Assembly: GCA_047947115.1 (NCBI GenBank)
Contig: CP170459.1
Coordinates: 1,760,001 to 1,824,000, forward strand
Direction: 5' to 3'
Origin: Verrucomicrobiota bacterium
Lineage (GTDB): Bacteria > Verrucomicrobiota > Verrucomicrobiia > Limisphaerales > AAA164-E04
DNA: 64,000 nucleotides
The position numbers and the translations under genes are program-made. Shown one piece after another: positions 42,109-52,200 of this stretch. The notes under the pieces are model-generated. The model saw nothing but the letters and a program-made list of their open reading frames with translations, had not been told where the DNA came from and did no database searches. Each line of letters opens with the position of its first letter. Position 1 is the stretch's first letter.

Positions 42109-43557
42109 TCAAGGGGTAGACGAACTTGTTCTGAATGGAATGAAAAACAGGCGCCATTGACGTTTGCTTTCCTTCCGTTGGTATTGAACGAGCCCGAAGC
42201 AGAAGGAAACCTTGTGCGAGTGCTCGGTCGTTTCAGAACGAAACAGGTTCCAGAAAAGCGATCGACTGGATTTGCCTGTTTCACCGTTCGTTTCTGAACG
42301 CCAGATCGACCAGGCGTGTGAAAAATTACGTTCGATACTTTCATTCCCGGGAAGAATGGGCTCCAGTAACGCCAGGGCCTGAAATCGGCGATCGCCATTT
42401 TGCTTGCGCTCGGTGGTCAGGAACGGCCAAAAGCTCCAGCGTTCGTAGGTGGTTTCTCCCGAGTCGAGAAGACGCTCTTCCACATGTTGATAGAGATAGA
42501 GAAGGAGTTGGTGTCGTCCGCGAACGGTCACTTGCGTTTTCCGTTCCCGGTATCGAAAGAGAGGCCAGAGAGCGAAGTCGCTTCGCAATGAGTCGTTGTA
42601 GCTCAGTCCAAAGAGCGGCCAAAATCGGCGTGTTGTCTTACCTTCTCCATTTGCCCAAACCACAATCGGCCACGGAAATCCATACTCGCGATACTGTTTC
42701 TCCCTATCATGTGTAAGTGTGAAACCGAGGGGCCACGGGGCGGTGATGGAATCACGATTCGGGGATTTCAGGTAACTGTAAAAAGGTACAAAGGCGCTTT
42801 GTTGCTGTGGATTTTCAGTTCCGATCCCGTTTTTTTGAGTGAAAAAGAAAGGCCAGAAGAGAGTGAGTCTGCGGTGGCCGCCGATGGTTTCCTCTTCGCC
42901 ATTCATCAAGGTGCGTGTCGTTGGCTCCTTGGTTTCCCAGCCAGCAAATGGCCAAACCTGCCAACCCTGCAACGCGTTTCCCTTGCGGAAATGGATCAAT
43001 GGCGCCAGATAGTTGCGCGTGATGATATCCTTTTTGCGGGTTTTTACATACATGGGCCACAACACGAAATCGATTTCATCCCGCAACAGTTTGTTTTTCA
43101 TGTGTCCATAAAAGGGGAGAAACGCGGTGTAGTTGTCCTCTGGTCGTGTGCTGCGTTGTTGAAAATAGAAAGGAAAGGCGGCGAAACGTTGCGCGTCGGA
43201 TTGGTCTCTGCCCTTTCCTCCGTGAGCATTGATGAACTGGAGCAACTGCAGACGGTATTCCTTACCGAAACGATCGTAGCCGAGCAGGGGATAAAACAGA
43301 TCCCATTCGTCGGAGTCCACATCCGAGTTCTGGCTACGCGTGTAAACAAAAGGGATTCCCTGGGTGCGGGTGGCTCCGTAGGACTCCTGATACAATAAAG
43401 GGCCAAAGTATTCCTCTCTCAACCCTTCATTGAGCGTGGACTCAAAGGACTGCGCCAGAGGGCCGAAGGACGAGCCAGCTTCCCCTTTAAAAGAAAAGCC
43501 AATCGCCAAACAAGCCATCATCCATCCAATGAGTTTGTTGTGTGTCGGGAAGTTCAA
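42109..43557 (-). CDS. Secreted hypothetical protein with many aromatic (F/L/V)-W-P-(F/L) repeats, first gene of the mla operon
   Basis: Signal-like N-terminus; about 14 recurrences such as LFYPLL, FLPFY, VLWPMY, VWPF, LFWPFF, RFWPLF, ALWPLF and SFWPFL. Confidence 0.75.
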   Translation of the reverse strand: MNFPTHNKLIGWMMACLAIGFSFKGEAGSSFGPLAQSFESTLNEGLREEYFGPLLYQESYGATRTQGIPFVYTRSQNSDVDSDEWDLFYPLLGYDRFGKEYRLQLLQFINAHGGKGRDQSDAQRFAAFPFYFQQRSTRPEDNYTAFLPFYGHMKNKLLRDEIDFVLWPMYVKTRKKDIITRNYLAPLIHFRKGNALQGWQVWPFAGWETKEPTTRTLMNGEEETIGGHRRLTLFWPFFFTQKNGIGTENPQQQSAFVPFYSYLKSPNRDSITAPWPLGFTLTHDREKQYREYGFPWPIVVWANGEGKTTRRFWPLFGLSYNDSLRSDFALWPLFRYRERKTQVTVRGRHQLLLYLYQHVEERLLDSGETTYERWSFWPFLTTERKQNGDRRFQALALLEPILPGNESIERNFSHAWSIWRSETNGETGKSSRSLFWNLFRSETTEHSHKVSFCFGLVQYQRKESKRQWRLFFIPFRTSSSTP

Positions 43558-43685
43558 TTATGATTCAGTTTGATGCCATTTTATAGCTGCCCGGACTTCG
43601 GTCAAGCGCCCTCAGCGGATCCTGATAACATCACAGGAATGCTTTCATGGGCTGTGAAGACTCATCAAGGATCGTGAGCCCGGAC

Positions 43686-43719
43686 AAAAAAATCCCCGCC
43701 ATCCATGAGGTTGGCGGGG
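43686..43719 (-). terminator. Intrinsic terminator of infC
   Basis: CCCCGCCA...TGGCGGGG stem with A7 on the left (U-tract on the minus strand). Confidence 0.75.
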
Positions 43720-43753
43720 TGAAAGTGATAACGGTGATGAATCTGAATGTGGG

Positions 43754-44548
43754 TCAATTGGATTTGGTCTCCGCAGTCTCTTCCTGCGTTTCGTCCTCGT
43801 CATGCAATTCGGCTTCATCGTGCAATTCGCCCTCGTCGTGCAATTCGCCCTCGTCGTGCAATTCGCCCTCGTCGTGCAATTCGCCCTCGTCGTGCGGTTC
43901 CAGATCGTCATGGTGTCCATCCTCCTCCGGATGTTCATCCACATCACCTTCGTCCGCTTCAAGTGCTTCTTCAGAAAGATGTTTGAGATGCTTATCGAAC
44001 TTCCGCTCCTGTTGCTGTTTGGGGAGTGGTGAAAGCGTCATGGAGATGCGTTTTCCGCGCAGATTGGGGCGTACATCGACTTTGCCCATGGTTTCCAGAT
44101 CGTCACAAACCCGGTTCATCATGTCGAATCCCAGATTGCGGTGAGCGTTCTCGCGGCCTCGGAACCTTAATTGCACCAGTAGTTTATCCCCGTGAGCCAG
44201 GAATCGCTCGGCGCGGGCCAATTTGATGCCGTAATCATGTTCATCAATGGCGATGCGAAGCTGGATCTCCTTGGTTTTTTGTTTGTGTGTGTCGGCTGCT
44301 TTCTTTTTCTTGGATTGCTCGTATTTATATTTGCCGTACTCGATGATCTTACAGACGGGGGGGGTGGCATTTCCTGCTATTTCCACCAAGTCCATACCGG
44401 CATTTTTAGCCAGTGCGATTGCTTCACGCGTGTCCATGACGACATTTTTATCACCATGCACCACCCTGACCTCACGAGCGCGAATCCGGTGATTCACCCG
44501 GGTTCTATCCTGAAATCTCTTACGGAAAAACTTCTTTTTACCTTTAAT
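43754..44548 (-). CDS. infC: Translation initiation factor IF-3 with ATT start and acidic His-rich tail
   Basis: NHRIRAREVRVV, DLVEIA...PPVCKI and FRGRE. In-frame ATT at 44548 lies 6 nt after AGGAG, extending the ORF by 17 codons (MKGKKKFFRKRFQDRTR). Confidence 0.93.
   Translation of the reverse strand: MKGKKKFFRKRFQDRTRVNHRIRAREVRVVHGDKNVVMDTREAIALAKNAGMDLVEIAGNATPPVCKIIEYGKYKYEQSKKKKAADTHKQKTKEIQLRIAIDEHDYGIKLARAERFLAHGDKLLVQLRFRGRENAHRNLGFDMMNRVCDDLETMGKVDVRPNLRGKRISMTLSPLPKQQQERKFDKHLKHLSEEALEADEGDVDEHPEEDGHHDDLEPHDEGELHDEGELHDEGELHDEGELHDEAELHDEDETQEETAETKSN
43819..43890. repeat. 18-bp coding tandem repeat (HDEGEL)n within infC
   Basis: CGTGCAATTCGCCCTCGT x4 perfect, plus degenerate HDEAEL and HDEDET units. 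Confidence 0.95.
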
Positions 44549-44848
44549 AACCGACTCCTAATTAATGTATCCAGTTGAAACCCCTAGTCCAGAGGTCGGT
44601 GCAGTCTCCCAAACATTTTTGCAAGGATCAAGCCTGAATGAGGTTTTTGTGTGTTTGTGTGGTGTGATTCAAAGTGGCGGAATACCGGCTTTGTTTCGTT
44701 GGGTGACATCCCTGTTGAAAGGTTTGATCACTTTGGTGCGTGTCACCGGCCAGTGTTTATTGATGTTCGACCGGGATCCTGATTCTTGCGGTCTGCTCTC
44801 AGACCAGGGTTGCCATTCTTGCCAAAGCGGTCTATAAGCTCTGTGTCA

Positions 44849-47710
44849 ATGTTCATCTCCAATTTCAAATTTCTTTCGTGGCGCATGGTTTGCGGCGTGG
44901 CTGTGACGATGTCTTCCGCAATGTTGAACGCGGAACCTATCGATTTCTCGCGCCAGATTCTCCCCATTCTCTCCGAAAACTGTTTCGTTTGTCACGGACC
45001 TGACACGCGCAATGAAAAGGATTTGCGCTTGGACTCCAGAGAGGCGGCGACGAGGGATCTGGGCGGCTATCATGCATTGGACCCAGATCACCCCGAACAA
45101 AGTGAAATCCTGACACGCCTTCGTGACAAGGACGACCCCATGCCGCCCAAAGACGCCGAGAAGCAATTGACCGAAGCACAGAAGCAGTTGCTGGAACAAT
45201 GGGTTAAAGAAGGTGGCGCATATGACCTGCACTGGGCATTCAAAAAGCCGGTCAAGAATCAGGCATGGGTTGACGCCCAAAAGGTAGATTATCCCAATCC
45301 AATTGATGCCTTTATAGCAGCCGGAATGCGTGAAAATGAGGCTGACTTTGCTCCTGAAGCAGATAAGTCGGTTCTGGCAAGGCGTGCAGCGTTGACCTTG
45401 ACCGGGTTGCCTCCCGAGTTGTCCGACCTCTCCCTGCACATGGCCGACGCGACGGAAGAAGCCTACGGGAAATGGATTGATCAATTGCTGAAAGATCCCA
45501 AGTATGGGGAACATCAGGCGCGTTACTGGCTAGATGCCATTCGTTACGGAGACACGCATGGGTTGCATCTCGATAATCGGCGAGGTATTTATCCTTTCCG
45601 TGACTGGGTGGTTCGGGCTTTCAACGACAACATGGCGTTTGATCAGTTCATCACCTGGCAGTTGGCCGGGGATTTGTTGCCTGATCCCACACTTGAGCAA
45701 CAGCTGGCTACCGGATTCGTGCGTATGAATCCCACAACCTCCGAGGGGGGGGTTATTCCTGCTGAATTCCAAGCCAAGAATAATTTCGATCGCGTTGAAA
45801 CATTCGGGACCGTATTTCTCGGCATGACCATGGTCTGCGCCCGTTGTCACACCCACAAATATGACCCCATAACCCAGAAGGAATATTACGAACTCCTCGC
45901 CTTTTTTAACAGCACGTCCGAAAATCCACTCGACGGAAACGCCTATCTGTATGGACCCACCTTGAATGTTCCGGAAAACCAGCCGGCTTGGCACGAATGG
46001 CTCGAATTGAGCACCCGGCAGGATGCGCTGTTGAAGGGGGTTGACGCCGATACCGTAACCAAATCTCTCGGCAGTTTAGAGAAATTTGGAGATTGGGAAG
46101 CAGAAGAGTGGAAACGTTCCAAATCGGTTTCCGTGGACGCGGTGGTTCCGGATGATTCGGCGTTTGAAGAACTGAAGGCTGAACACAAGGGTTATAAAAA
46201 GGATCGCCTGGGTTTTGTGAATGAAGCGGTCTGGGTGAAGTTCCGACTTCGATCACCCGTTGCACAGACCTTGTGGCTGACTTTCTCCGGAGGCACGGAT
46301 TCCGCCGTTTTCCTGGATGGCAATCCAATCGCTTCTCCCACACGCCAATTACCGGATCAACGTTTCGTGAGTCTGCCACTCGTGGTGAATCAAGGTGAGC
46401 AGGAAGTCATCGTAAAAATGTCCGGCACCGAAGTTCATGTAGCCCAGGAAGTGCGCATTGAAACTCCCTGGAAATCCTGGTCGGGCAAAAAGGATTGGGC
46501 GGCTTGTGGAGCCGCTGACCAACTTCGTATGCTGGCGGATTCAAAGGGGCCTCTAGCCGGTATGAAGGGGCGTATGGAGGCCTTTGAACTGGCTCGTCGC
46601 TTGGCCATGGCAGAGGCCAATTTCACGACCACACTCGTCGCCAAAGATCTGAAGGAACCTCGCGAAACAAGATTGCTCAATCGCGGGGAATACGATCAGC
46701 CAACGGGAGACCCTCTAACTCCGAACGTGCTTTCCGTCATGGGAGCTCTGCCTGCGTCCGCTCCCAAGAATCGCCTTGGCCTGGCTCAATGGCTGACCTC
46801 CCGGGACCACCCTGTCGTGGCGCGTGTCTTGATCAACCAGCTTTGGCAACGCGTTTTCGGTGTTGGGCTGGTGCGCACTCCCGAAGATTTCGGATTACAG
46901 GGACAACAACCTACGCATCCCGAATTGCTCGACTGGTTGGCCGTGGAATTTCAAGACAGTGGTTGGGATCTTCAACACATGATCCGCCTGATGATGACCA
47001 GTCGGACTTACCGGCAGGATTCCTCCTGGCGTCCTGATGTCAGTGATCCCGAGAACCGTTTGTTTGCGCGAGGGCCGAGTTACCGTCTGGATGCTGAAGT
47101 CATCCGCGACACAGGATTGTGGGCCGCTGATATCCTGGACCCGCACATGGGCGGTGAAGGGGTCAAGCCCTATCAACCCAGCGGCATGTGGATGGCCATG
47201 GCACACCCGGCCAGCAACACCAAACTCTACGAACGTGATCGTTCGCATCGAGCTTATCGCCGCAGTCTCTATGTCTATTGGAAACGCACCAGTCCGCATC
47301 CGATGATGACTCTATTCGATGCTCCAAGTCGCGAGGTGAGTTGTGTTCGACGATCGCGTACGAATACCTCTTTGCAGTCGCTTGGATTGTTGAATGAAAC
47401 TCAACGCACCGAAATGGCGCGTATGCTTGCGGGACGTTTGATCACCGAACGGTTTTCGGATCAGGAACGATTGGATTACCTGTTCGGTCTCCTTGCAAGC
47501 CGTCCCGCCAATCAAGCCGAGCACAAAGCTTGTCTGGACCTCCTCAGCAACATGCGTGAGCGATATGCCAATGATGAAGAAAGCGCCCGCAGCTTGATTT
47601 CGGTCGGTGATTTGCCCAGTGAATATGATTTGCCCGCCGTGGAACATGCTGCCTGGACCCAGGTCGCCACCATCGTATTGGCCAGCGATTCGGCAATCAT
47701 GCTTTATTAA
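44849..47710 (+). CDS. PSD1/DUF1549/DUF1553 protein with planctomycete cytochrome c domain
   Basis: CFVCHGPD, YGEHQARYWLDAIRYGDT, CARCHTHKYDP and HPELLDWLA. Start uncertain. Confidence 0.92.
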   Translation: MFISNFKFLSWRMVCGVAVTMSSAMLNAEPIDFSRQILPILSENCFVCHGPDTRNEKDLRLDSREAATRDLGGYHALDPDHPEQSEILTRLRDKDDPMPPKDAEKQLTEAQKQLLEQWVKEGGAYDLHWAFKKPVKNQAWVDAQKVDYPNPIDAFIAAGMRENEADFAPEADKSVLARRAALTLTGLPPELSDLSLHMADATEEAYGKWIDQLLKDPKYGEHQARYWLDAIRYGDTHGLHLDNRRGIYPFRDWVVRAFNDNMAFDQFITWQLAGDLLPDPTLEQQLATGFVRMNPTTSEGGVIPAEFQAKNNFDRVETFGTVFLGMTMVCARCHTHKYDPITQKEYYELLAFFNSTSENPLDGNAYLYGPTLNVPENQPAWHEWLELSTRQDALLKGVDADTVTKSLGSLEKFGDWEAEEWKRSKSVSVDAVVPDDSAFEELKAEHKGYKKDRLGFVNEAVWVKFRLRSPVAQTLWLTFSGGTDSAVFLDGNPIASPTRQLPDQRFVSLPLVVNQGEQEVIVKMSGTEVHVAQEVRIETPWKSWSGKKDWAACGAADQLRMLADSKGPLAGMKGRMEAFELARRLAMAEANFTTTLVAKDLKEPRETRLLNRGEYDQPTGDPLTPNVLSVMGALPASAPKNRLGLAQWLTSRDHPVVARVLINQLWQRVFGVGLVRTPEDFGLQGQQPTHPELLDWLAVEFQDSGWDLQHMIRLMMTSRTYRQDSSWRPDVSDPENRLFARGPSYRLDAEVIRDTGLWAADILDPHMGGEGVKPYQPSGMWMAMAHPASNTKLYERDRSHRAYRRSLYVYWKRTSPHPMMTLFDAPSREVSCVRRSRTNTSLQSLGLLNETQRTEMARMLAGRLITERFSDQERLDYLFGLLASRPANQAEHKACLDLLSNMRERYANDEESARSLISVGDLPSEYDLPAVEHAAWTQVATIVLASDSAIMLY

Positions 47711-47734
47711 CCTTTTGAAACACGATTACTTATC

Positions 47735-49249
47735 ATGATGGACTCATTTCATCCCCTGCGAGAACACGATTTGATGATGACTCGCCGGCAATTGTTCGGT
47801 CGCGCTGCCCTGGGGCTTGGGACCGCCGCGATGGCAAACGTTCTCAGCCCGTCCATGCTGGCCCAGGGCGGAGCCCGACTTGGCGCCGAAGGCACTCATC
47901 ACAAAGCCAAAGCCAAACGCGTCATTTACCTGTTCATGAGCGGGGGGCCGAGTCACCTCGATCTTTGGGATTACAAGCCAAAGATGCAGGATATGTTCAA
48001 CGAACAGCTGCCGGACCATGTGCGCAGCGGCCAGCGCGTGACCGGCATGACGGCCAACCAAAAGAATGGCCTGCCCCTGGCTCCGAGCAAATACAAATTT
48101 ACACTTCACGACAACAATGATCGCGGCCTTTGGGTGAGCGAACTACTGCCCCACACTGCCACCGTGGCAAAGGAGCTATGCGTGGTGCATTCCACGTATA
48201 CTGAAGCGATCAATCATGACCCGGCCATCACGTTCATTCAGACAGGGAGTCAGGTGCCGGGACGTCCAAGTTTGGGCGCATGGTTGAGCTATGGTTTGGG
48301 CAAGATGAACGAGAATCTTCCCAGCTATGTCGTCATGCACGCCCGCACCAATTTCGCCGAACAAAGTCTCTTTGCGCGTCTTTGGGGAACAGGTTTCATG
48401 CCTTCGGATCATCAGGGTATTTTGTTGCGAAGCGAAGGAGATCCGGTGTTGTATCTCAACAACCCTGCAGGTGTCTCCGGAAAAGACCGTCGCAAGCAAT
48501 TGGACGCTCTTGCTGCACTGAACCAGCAACACTACCAACAGTTCAGCGATCCCGAAGTGCTTTCACGCATTCGTCAGCATGAAATGGCTTATAAGATGCA
48601 GACTTCCGTGCCTGAACTCATGGATCTTTCCGATGAAAGCGAGGATACCTTTGAGCTTTACGGCGAAGAAGCAAAGCAACCCGGAACCTTTGCCGCCTGT
48701 TGTTTGAACGCACGACGCCTTGCCGAGCGGGGCGTTCGCAACATTCAGATTTTCCACCGGGGATGGGATGCTCATGGCAACCTTCCCAAGGAACACGAAT
48801 CTCAATGCAAAGACATCGATCAGGGCTCCGCTGCACTTATCAAGGATTTGAAACGGCGAGGCATGCTCGATGACACACTCGTTGTTTGGGGGGGCGAATT
48901 TGGCCGCACTGCTTATTGTCAAGGTGGATTGACACGCCAAAACTACGGACGCGATCATCATCCAAGATGTTTCTCCATCTGGATGGCTGGCGGCGGGGTG
49001 AAACCCGGCATCACCTACGGTCGCACCGATGACTACGGATACAACATTACCGATGCCGATGGCAACACGTTGGACCCCCAGCCTACGCCTGGCAAATTCA
49101 CCCCCGGCACCATGCATATCCACGACCTGAATGCCACCATCCTGCACCTGCTCGGCATCGATCATAAACGCCTGACCTATCGCTACCAGGGCCGCGACTT
49201 CCGATTAACGGACGTGCACGGCCACGTTGTTCATGACATCGTGGCATAG
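47735..49249 (+). CDS. DUF1501 family protein (Tat)
   Basis: TRRQLF, LFMSGGPSHLD, EFGRT, GRDHHP and RLTDVHG. Confidence 0.93.
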   Translation: MMDSFHPLREHDLMMTRRQLFGRAALGLGTAAMANVLSPSMLAQGGARLGAEGTHHKAKAKRVIYLFMSGGPSHLDLWDYKPKMQDMFNEQLPDHVRSGQRVTGMTANQKNGLPLAPSKYKFTLHDNNDRGLWVSELLPHTATVAKELCVVHSTYTEAINHDPAITFIQTGSQVPGRPSLGAWLSYGLGKMNENLPSYVVMHARTNFAEQSLFARLWGTGFMPSDHQGILLRSEGDPVLYLNNPAGVSGKDRRKQLDALAALNQQHYQQFSDPEVLSRIRQHEMAYKMQTSVPELMDLSDESEDTFELYGEEAKQPGTFAACCLNARRLAERGVRNIQIFHRGWDAHGNLPKEHESQCKDIDQGSAALIKDLKRRGMLDDTLVVWGGEFGRTAYCQGGLTRQNYGRDHHPRCFSIWMAGGGVKPGITYGRTDDYGYNITDADGNTLDPQPTPGKFTPGTMHIHDLNATILHLLGIDHKRLTYRYQGRDFRLTDVHGHVVHDIVA

Positions 49250-49274
49250 AGCTAACGGTTGATCGGATCAGTAT

Positions 49275-49309
49275 TGAATAGTGAATAGTGAATTTAGAAT
49301 GGTGAATTG
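49275..49309. repeat. Short 7-bp period intergenic repeat (TGAATAG-like)
   Basis: TGAATAG TGAATAG TGAATTT AGAATGG TGAATTG. Confidence 0.55.
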
Positions 49310-49316
49310 AGTGTGG

Positions 49317-50045
49317 TTAGTGTTCCGAGACCATTAGCCATTTCCAACGAACAAACACCACCGGCCTTTCAAACCATGAGTTTGTGCTAGGGATTTTTTC
49401 TACGATGACTTTGTGTTGATCGGGATCGGCTTCTATCCAGGTTTCGTCACCGATATAGGCAAATGCATGAATTCCGTCTGCGGTGATGGCTACATCACCC
49501 ACTTGCAGCAACGAGTGATCTGTCTGGTTGATGCTCTTACTTTCGAACAGGCGGGTTGTCCAGTCACGGTAGCCATGTAAGAGTGCATCCGCTGAACCGT
49601 CATACCACCATAGTTCCAGGGCTTCCCGAATTGGGAGTCCATTGAATGTTCGTAATCCGTATCTGACCTGAGCCCAAAAAAGGCCTTTTCTGACCAAGCC
49701 TGAACAATCGATACCAACAAGATTTTCGCCACCCCAGACATATCGGGTTCCATGAAACCATCTCAATGATCGGGTATAATCCTTTTCAAGTTCTTCAGGT
49801 GATACTTTCCTTCCCGGTAGACAAAGCAAAATAAGCAGTAAACAAATTGGAACAATGAAACAAAAACGAATCCACTTTTGATGCCACCAAAGAATGACTC
49901 CACCACCGACGGTTGCAACGAGACCAAATACAAACAGGATACGGGTCAACTGGTATTCAATGGGATAAACCCAAACCAACAGCGTCGCGATGAGTATCCA
50001 TGTCCACAGACGTTTAAAGATCGGTTTGAACTGTTTCTCGGGCAT
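49317..50045 (-). CDS. Membrane-anchored NlpC/P60 family peptidase
   Basis: Three N-terminal TM segments; YVWGGE..GIDCSGLV and a downstream HAFAY. Confidence 0.85.
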   Translation of the reverse strand: MPEKQFKPIFKRLWTWILIATLLVWVYPIEYQLTRILFVFGLVATVGGGVILWWHQKWIRFCFIVPICLLLILLCLPGRKVSPEELEKDYTRSLRWFHGTRYVWGGENLVGIDCSGLVRKGLFWAQVRYGLRTFNGLPIREALELWWYDGSADALLHGYRDWTTRLFESKSINQTDHSLLQVGDVAITADGIHAFAYIGDETWIEADPDQHKVIVEKIPSTNSWFERPVVFVRWKWLMVSEH

Positions 50046-50144
50046 GGAACTCTTCAGCCTTTCTCTTCATTTTGCTTCCTGATGAATCTTCACTATCACT
50101 GCCCCTAACTCTCGAGTCCAGAAAATCGGGATGGGCGTGAGTTT

Positions 50145-50251
50145 CGTCAATACGGATATGGGGTGTCGGATACTGTTGGGTTTTCCATTGTGGAGTGAAA
50201 TGCAGGGGATGGACGCCACAAGGTTGCGCGTCGAGACGACCCGATCTACCT
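50145..50251. repeat. Second, partly degenerate copy of the 21.7-kb REP/MITE element
   Basis: 25-bp identity CGCGTCGAGACGACCCGATCTACCT with 21795-21819, plus GAAA.GCAGGGGATGGA.GCC.CAAGG upstream. It supplies the amidohydrolase stop codon. Confidence 0.75.
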
Positions 50252-52003
50252 GTTGGTTGAGTCAAATACCATTTTGCCGTTCACAAATGTGCGCAACACC
50301 TGGATGTCTCGGATGTCATTTTCCGGGCAGGTGAGGATGTTGCGGTCGAGTTCGATGAGGTCGGCGAGTTTGCCGGGTTCCAGTGATCCGGTTTCGTTTT
50401 CCAGGAACATGAGTTGGGCGTTGTTCATGGTGTAGAACCGGATGGCCTGCATGCGGGTGAGTCCGTGTTCGGCATGCATCCGGCCCTCGTAATCGAGCGC
50501 CTTGCGCGTGATGGCTACCCAAATGCCGAGAAAGGGATTGTAGGGATTGATGGATCGTAGCCCGCCGATTTTTTGCATGTGATCGCTGCCTCCACCCGTC
50601 AGGACACCCGCTTCAAACATGGGGCGCAAGGGTTGGAAATACTCCATGCGATGATAGGGGAATTGTTTGCTCAGGGTTCGACTGTCGAGATAGAGCCAGA
50701 CTGGTTGGATGTCGGCGGATATGCCTAGAGCGGCCATGTGGTCAATAGCTTCCGGCGACATGAAATTACAGTGAGTAATATTGGGGCGTGTGGACTGAAT
50801 CGGGTTTGTCTGATTTACAAATGCGTAGGCTTCGATGAGGGCATGCACTGCTCCATCGCCTACACTGTGAGCCGTGAATTGAAGTCCGCCTTGTACCGCT
50901 GCCTTTATCGCCGCGCGCAGGGATTCATCTGAAATGAACCGAATACCGTGGTAATGCGGATCATCGATTCCATAAATGTCGCTGGTGCCCCAAGGTTCGA
51001 GCAGGAAAGCGCTGCCCGTGAGCATGCCTCCGTCTAGAAACATCTTTACTCCGATGGTGCGTAAAAATGGATCCCGATTCGTGTGCAAGGGTTCGTTCGC
51101 GATGTTTTGAATGCGATCCACCAATCCTTCGGGATCCAATTGATTGCTGACGGACCTGGAAAGAGCTACACGCACCGATAATTGATTGCTTTCTTGTATC
51201 CGTTTGTAAATTTTTACCGCGCTGTCCGAAGCGTTGCGATCCACGATGCCGGTGATGCCATTGGCGTTGTAATCGCGCATCAGTTCGATCAATCGTGTTT
51301 GGCGATCCTTGTCGGTCGGGCTCTTACCGGTGGACGGAATGCTCAACAACCGACTCCAACCACGAAGGATCCCTGAGGGTTCGCCGGTTTCGGGATTGGT
51401 TTCCACCTTGCTGCCTTCCGGCACATCCATGTCCTTTCGAATGCCTGCTCTTTCAATAGCGAGTGTGTTGAGCGACGCATCCGGACCCGTTCTGAAAATG
51501 ACCGGATGGTTTGGAGCCACTCTGTCCATTTCCTGGCGCGTTGGATAGCGGCGTTCTTTCAGTCTCGTGATGAACACTTGTTGGATGACGATCCAATCGC
51601 CTTCGGGAACGGTCTGGGTTCTGGATGCGATATATGCCAGCACATCGGATATTTGATGCAGGTTCGGGATGGCGTGATCAAATTCGATCATGGCCGCACC
51701 GAGAGGGTGGGTGTGGGAATCGATCAGACCCGGAAGCACGGACCGGCCTCCCAGATCGATGATTTCAGTGGAGGAATCAGCCAGTTTGAGAATGGTCTGA
51801 TTATTGCCCGTAGCCAGGATGTTGTTTCCGCCAATGGCGATGGCCTCCGTAATGGTTTCGTTCCCATCCATCGTCACGACGGATCCGTTGTGGTAAATCA
51901 GATCCGGAGCGACGGCCGAACATGACGGACCAACCCAAAACAAATGTCCGAGGATAAACGACAGCGCGATGCTGATGACATGATGGAATGCCGTTGGGCT
52001 CAT
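50246..52003 (-). CDS. Amidohydrolase (YtcJ-like)
   Basis: VLPGLIDSHTH, KMFLDG, AHSVGD, GGSD and GSLEPGKLADL. Start uncertain. Confidence 0.92.
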   Translation of the reverse strand: MSPTAFHHVISIALSFILGHLFWVGPSCSAVAPDLIYHNGSVVTMDGNETITEAIAIGGNNILATGNNQTILKLADSSTEIIDLGGRSVLPGLIDSHTHPLGAAMIEFDHAIPNLHQISDVLAYIASRTQTVPEGDWIVIQQVFITRLKERRYPTRQEMDRVAPNHPVIFRTGPDASLNTLAIERAGIRKDMDVPEGSKVETNPETGEPSGILRGWSRLLSIPSTGKSPTDKDRQTRLIELMRDYNANGITGIVDRNASDSAVKIYKRIQESNQLSVRVALSRSVSNQLDPEGLVDRIQNIANEPLHTNRDPFLRTIGVKMFLDGGMLTGSAFLLEPWGTSDIYGIDDPHYHGIRFISDESLRAAIKAAVQGGLQFTAHSVGDGAVHALIEAYAFVNQTNPIQSTRPNITHCNFMSPEAIDHMAALGISADIQPVWLYLDSRTLSKQFPYHRMEYFQPLRPMFEAGVLTGGGSDHMQKIGGLRSINPYNPFLGIWVAITRKALDYEGRMHAEHGLTRMQAIRFYTMNNAQLMFLENETGSLEPGKLADLIELDRNILTCPENDIRDIQVLRTFVNGKMVFDSTNR

Positions 52004-52054
52004 GGAGCGAGAATACCACCCGTTCATGTGATTCGCACAGTAATTTATTGGTTG

Positions 52055-52085
52055 TCTCACACAAAGACTCCAAGCCGCGAAGGAA
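52055..52085 (+). repeat. CACACAAAG-family palindromic repeat, left arm only
   Basis: CTCACACAAAGACTCCAAGCCGCGAAGGAA, 29/30 identical to 55752-55781. Confidence 0.8.
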
Positions 52086-52200
52086 GCGGAAAGTGACATG
52101 ATTACAAGCCCCTATTGTTGGGAATAAAACAACAGGTCAGGGTTCCAGTAATGGAGGTTATCGCATACTTGCGCATCTCATTTTGGCTTGATGAGTTGAG

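Noticed and set aside
43801..43895. CRISPR-like periodic repeat
   Set aside because: Contiguous 18-bp units without spacers, in frame within infC; no cas genes.
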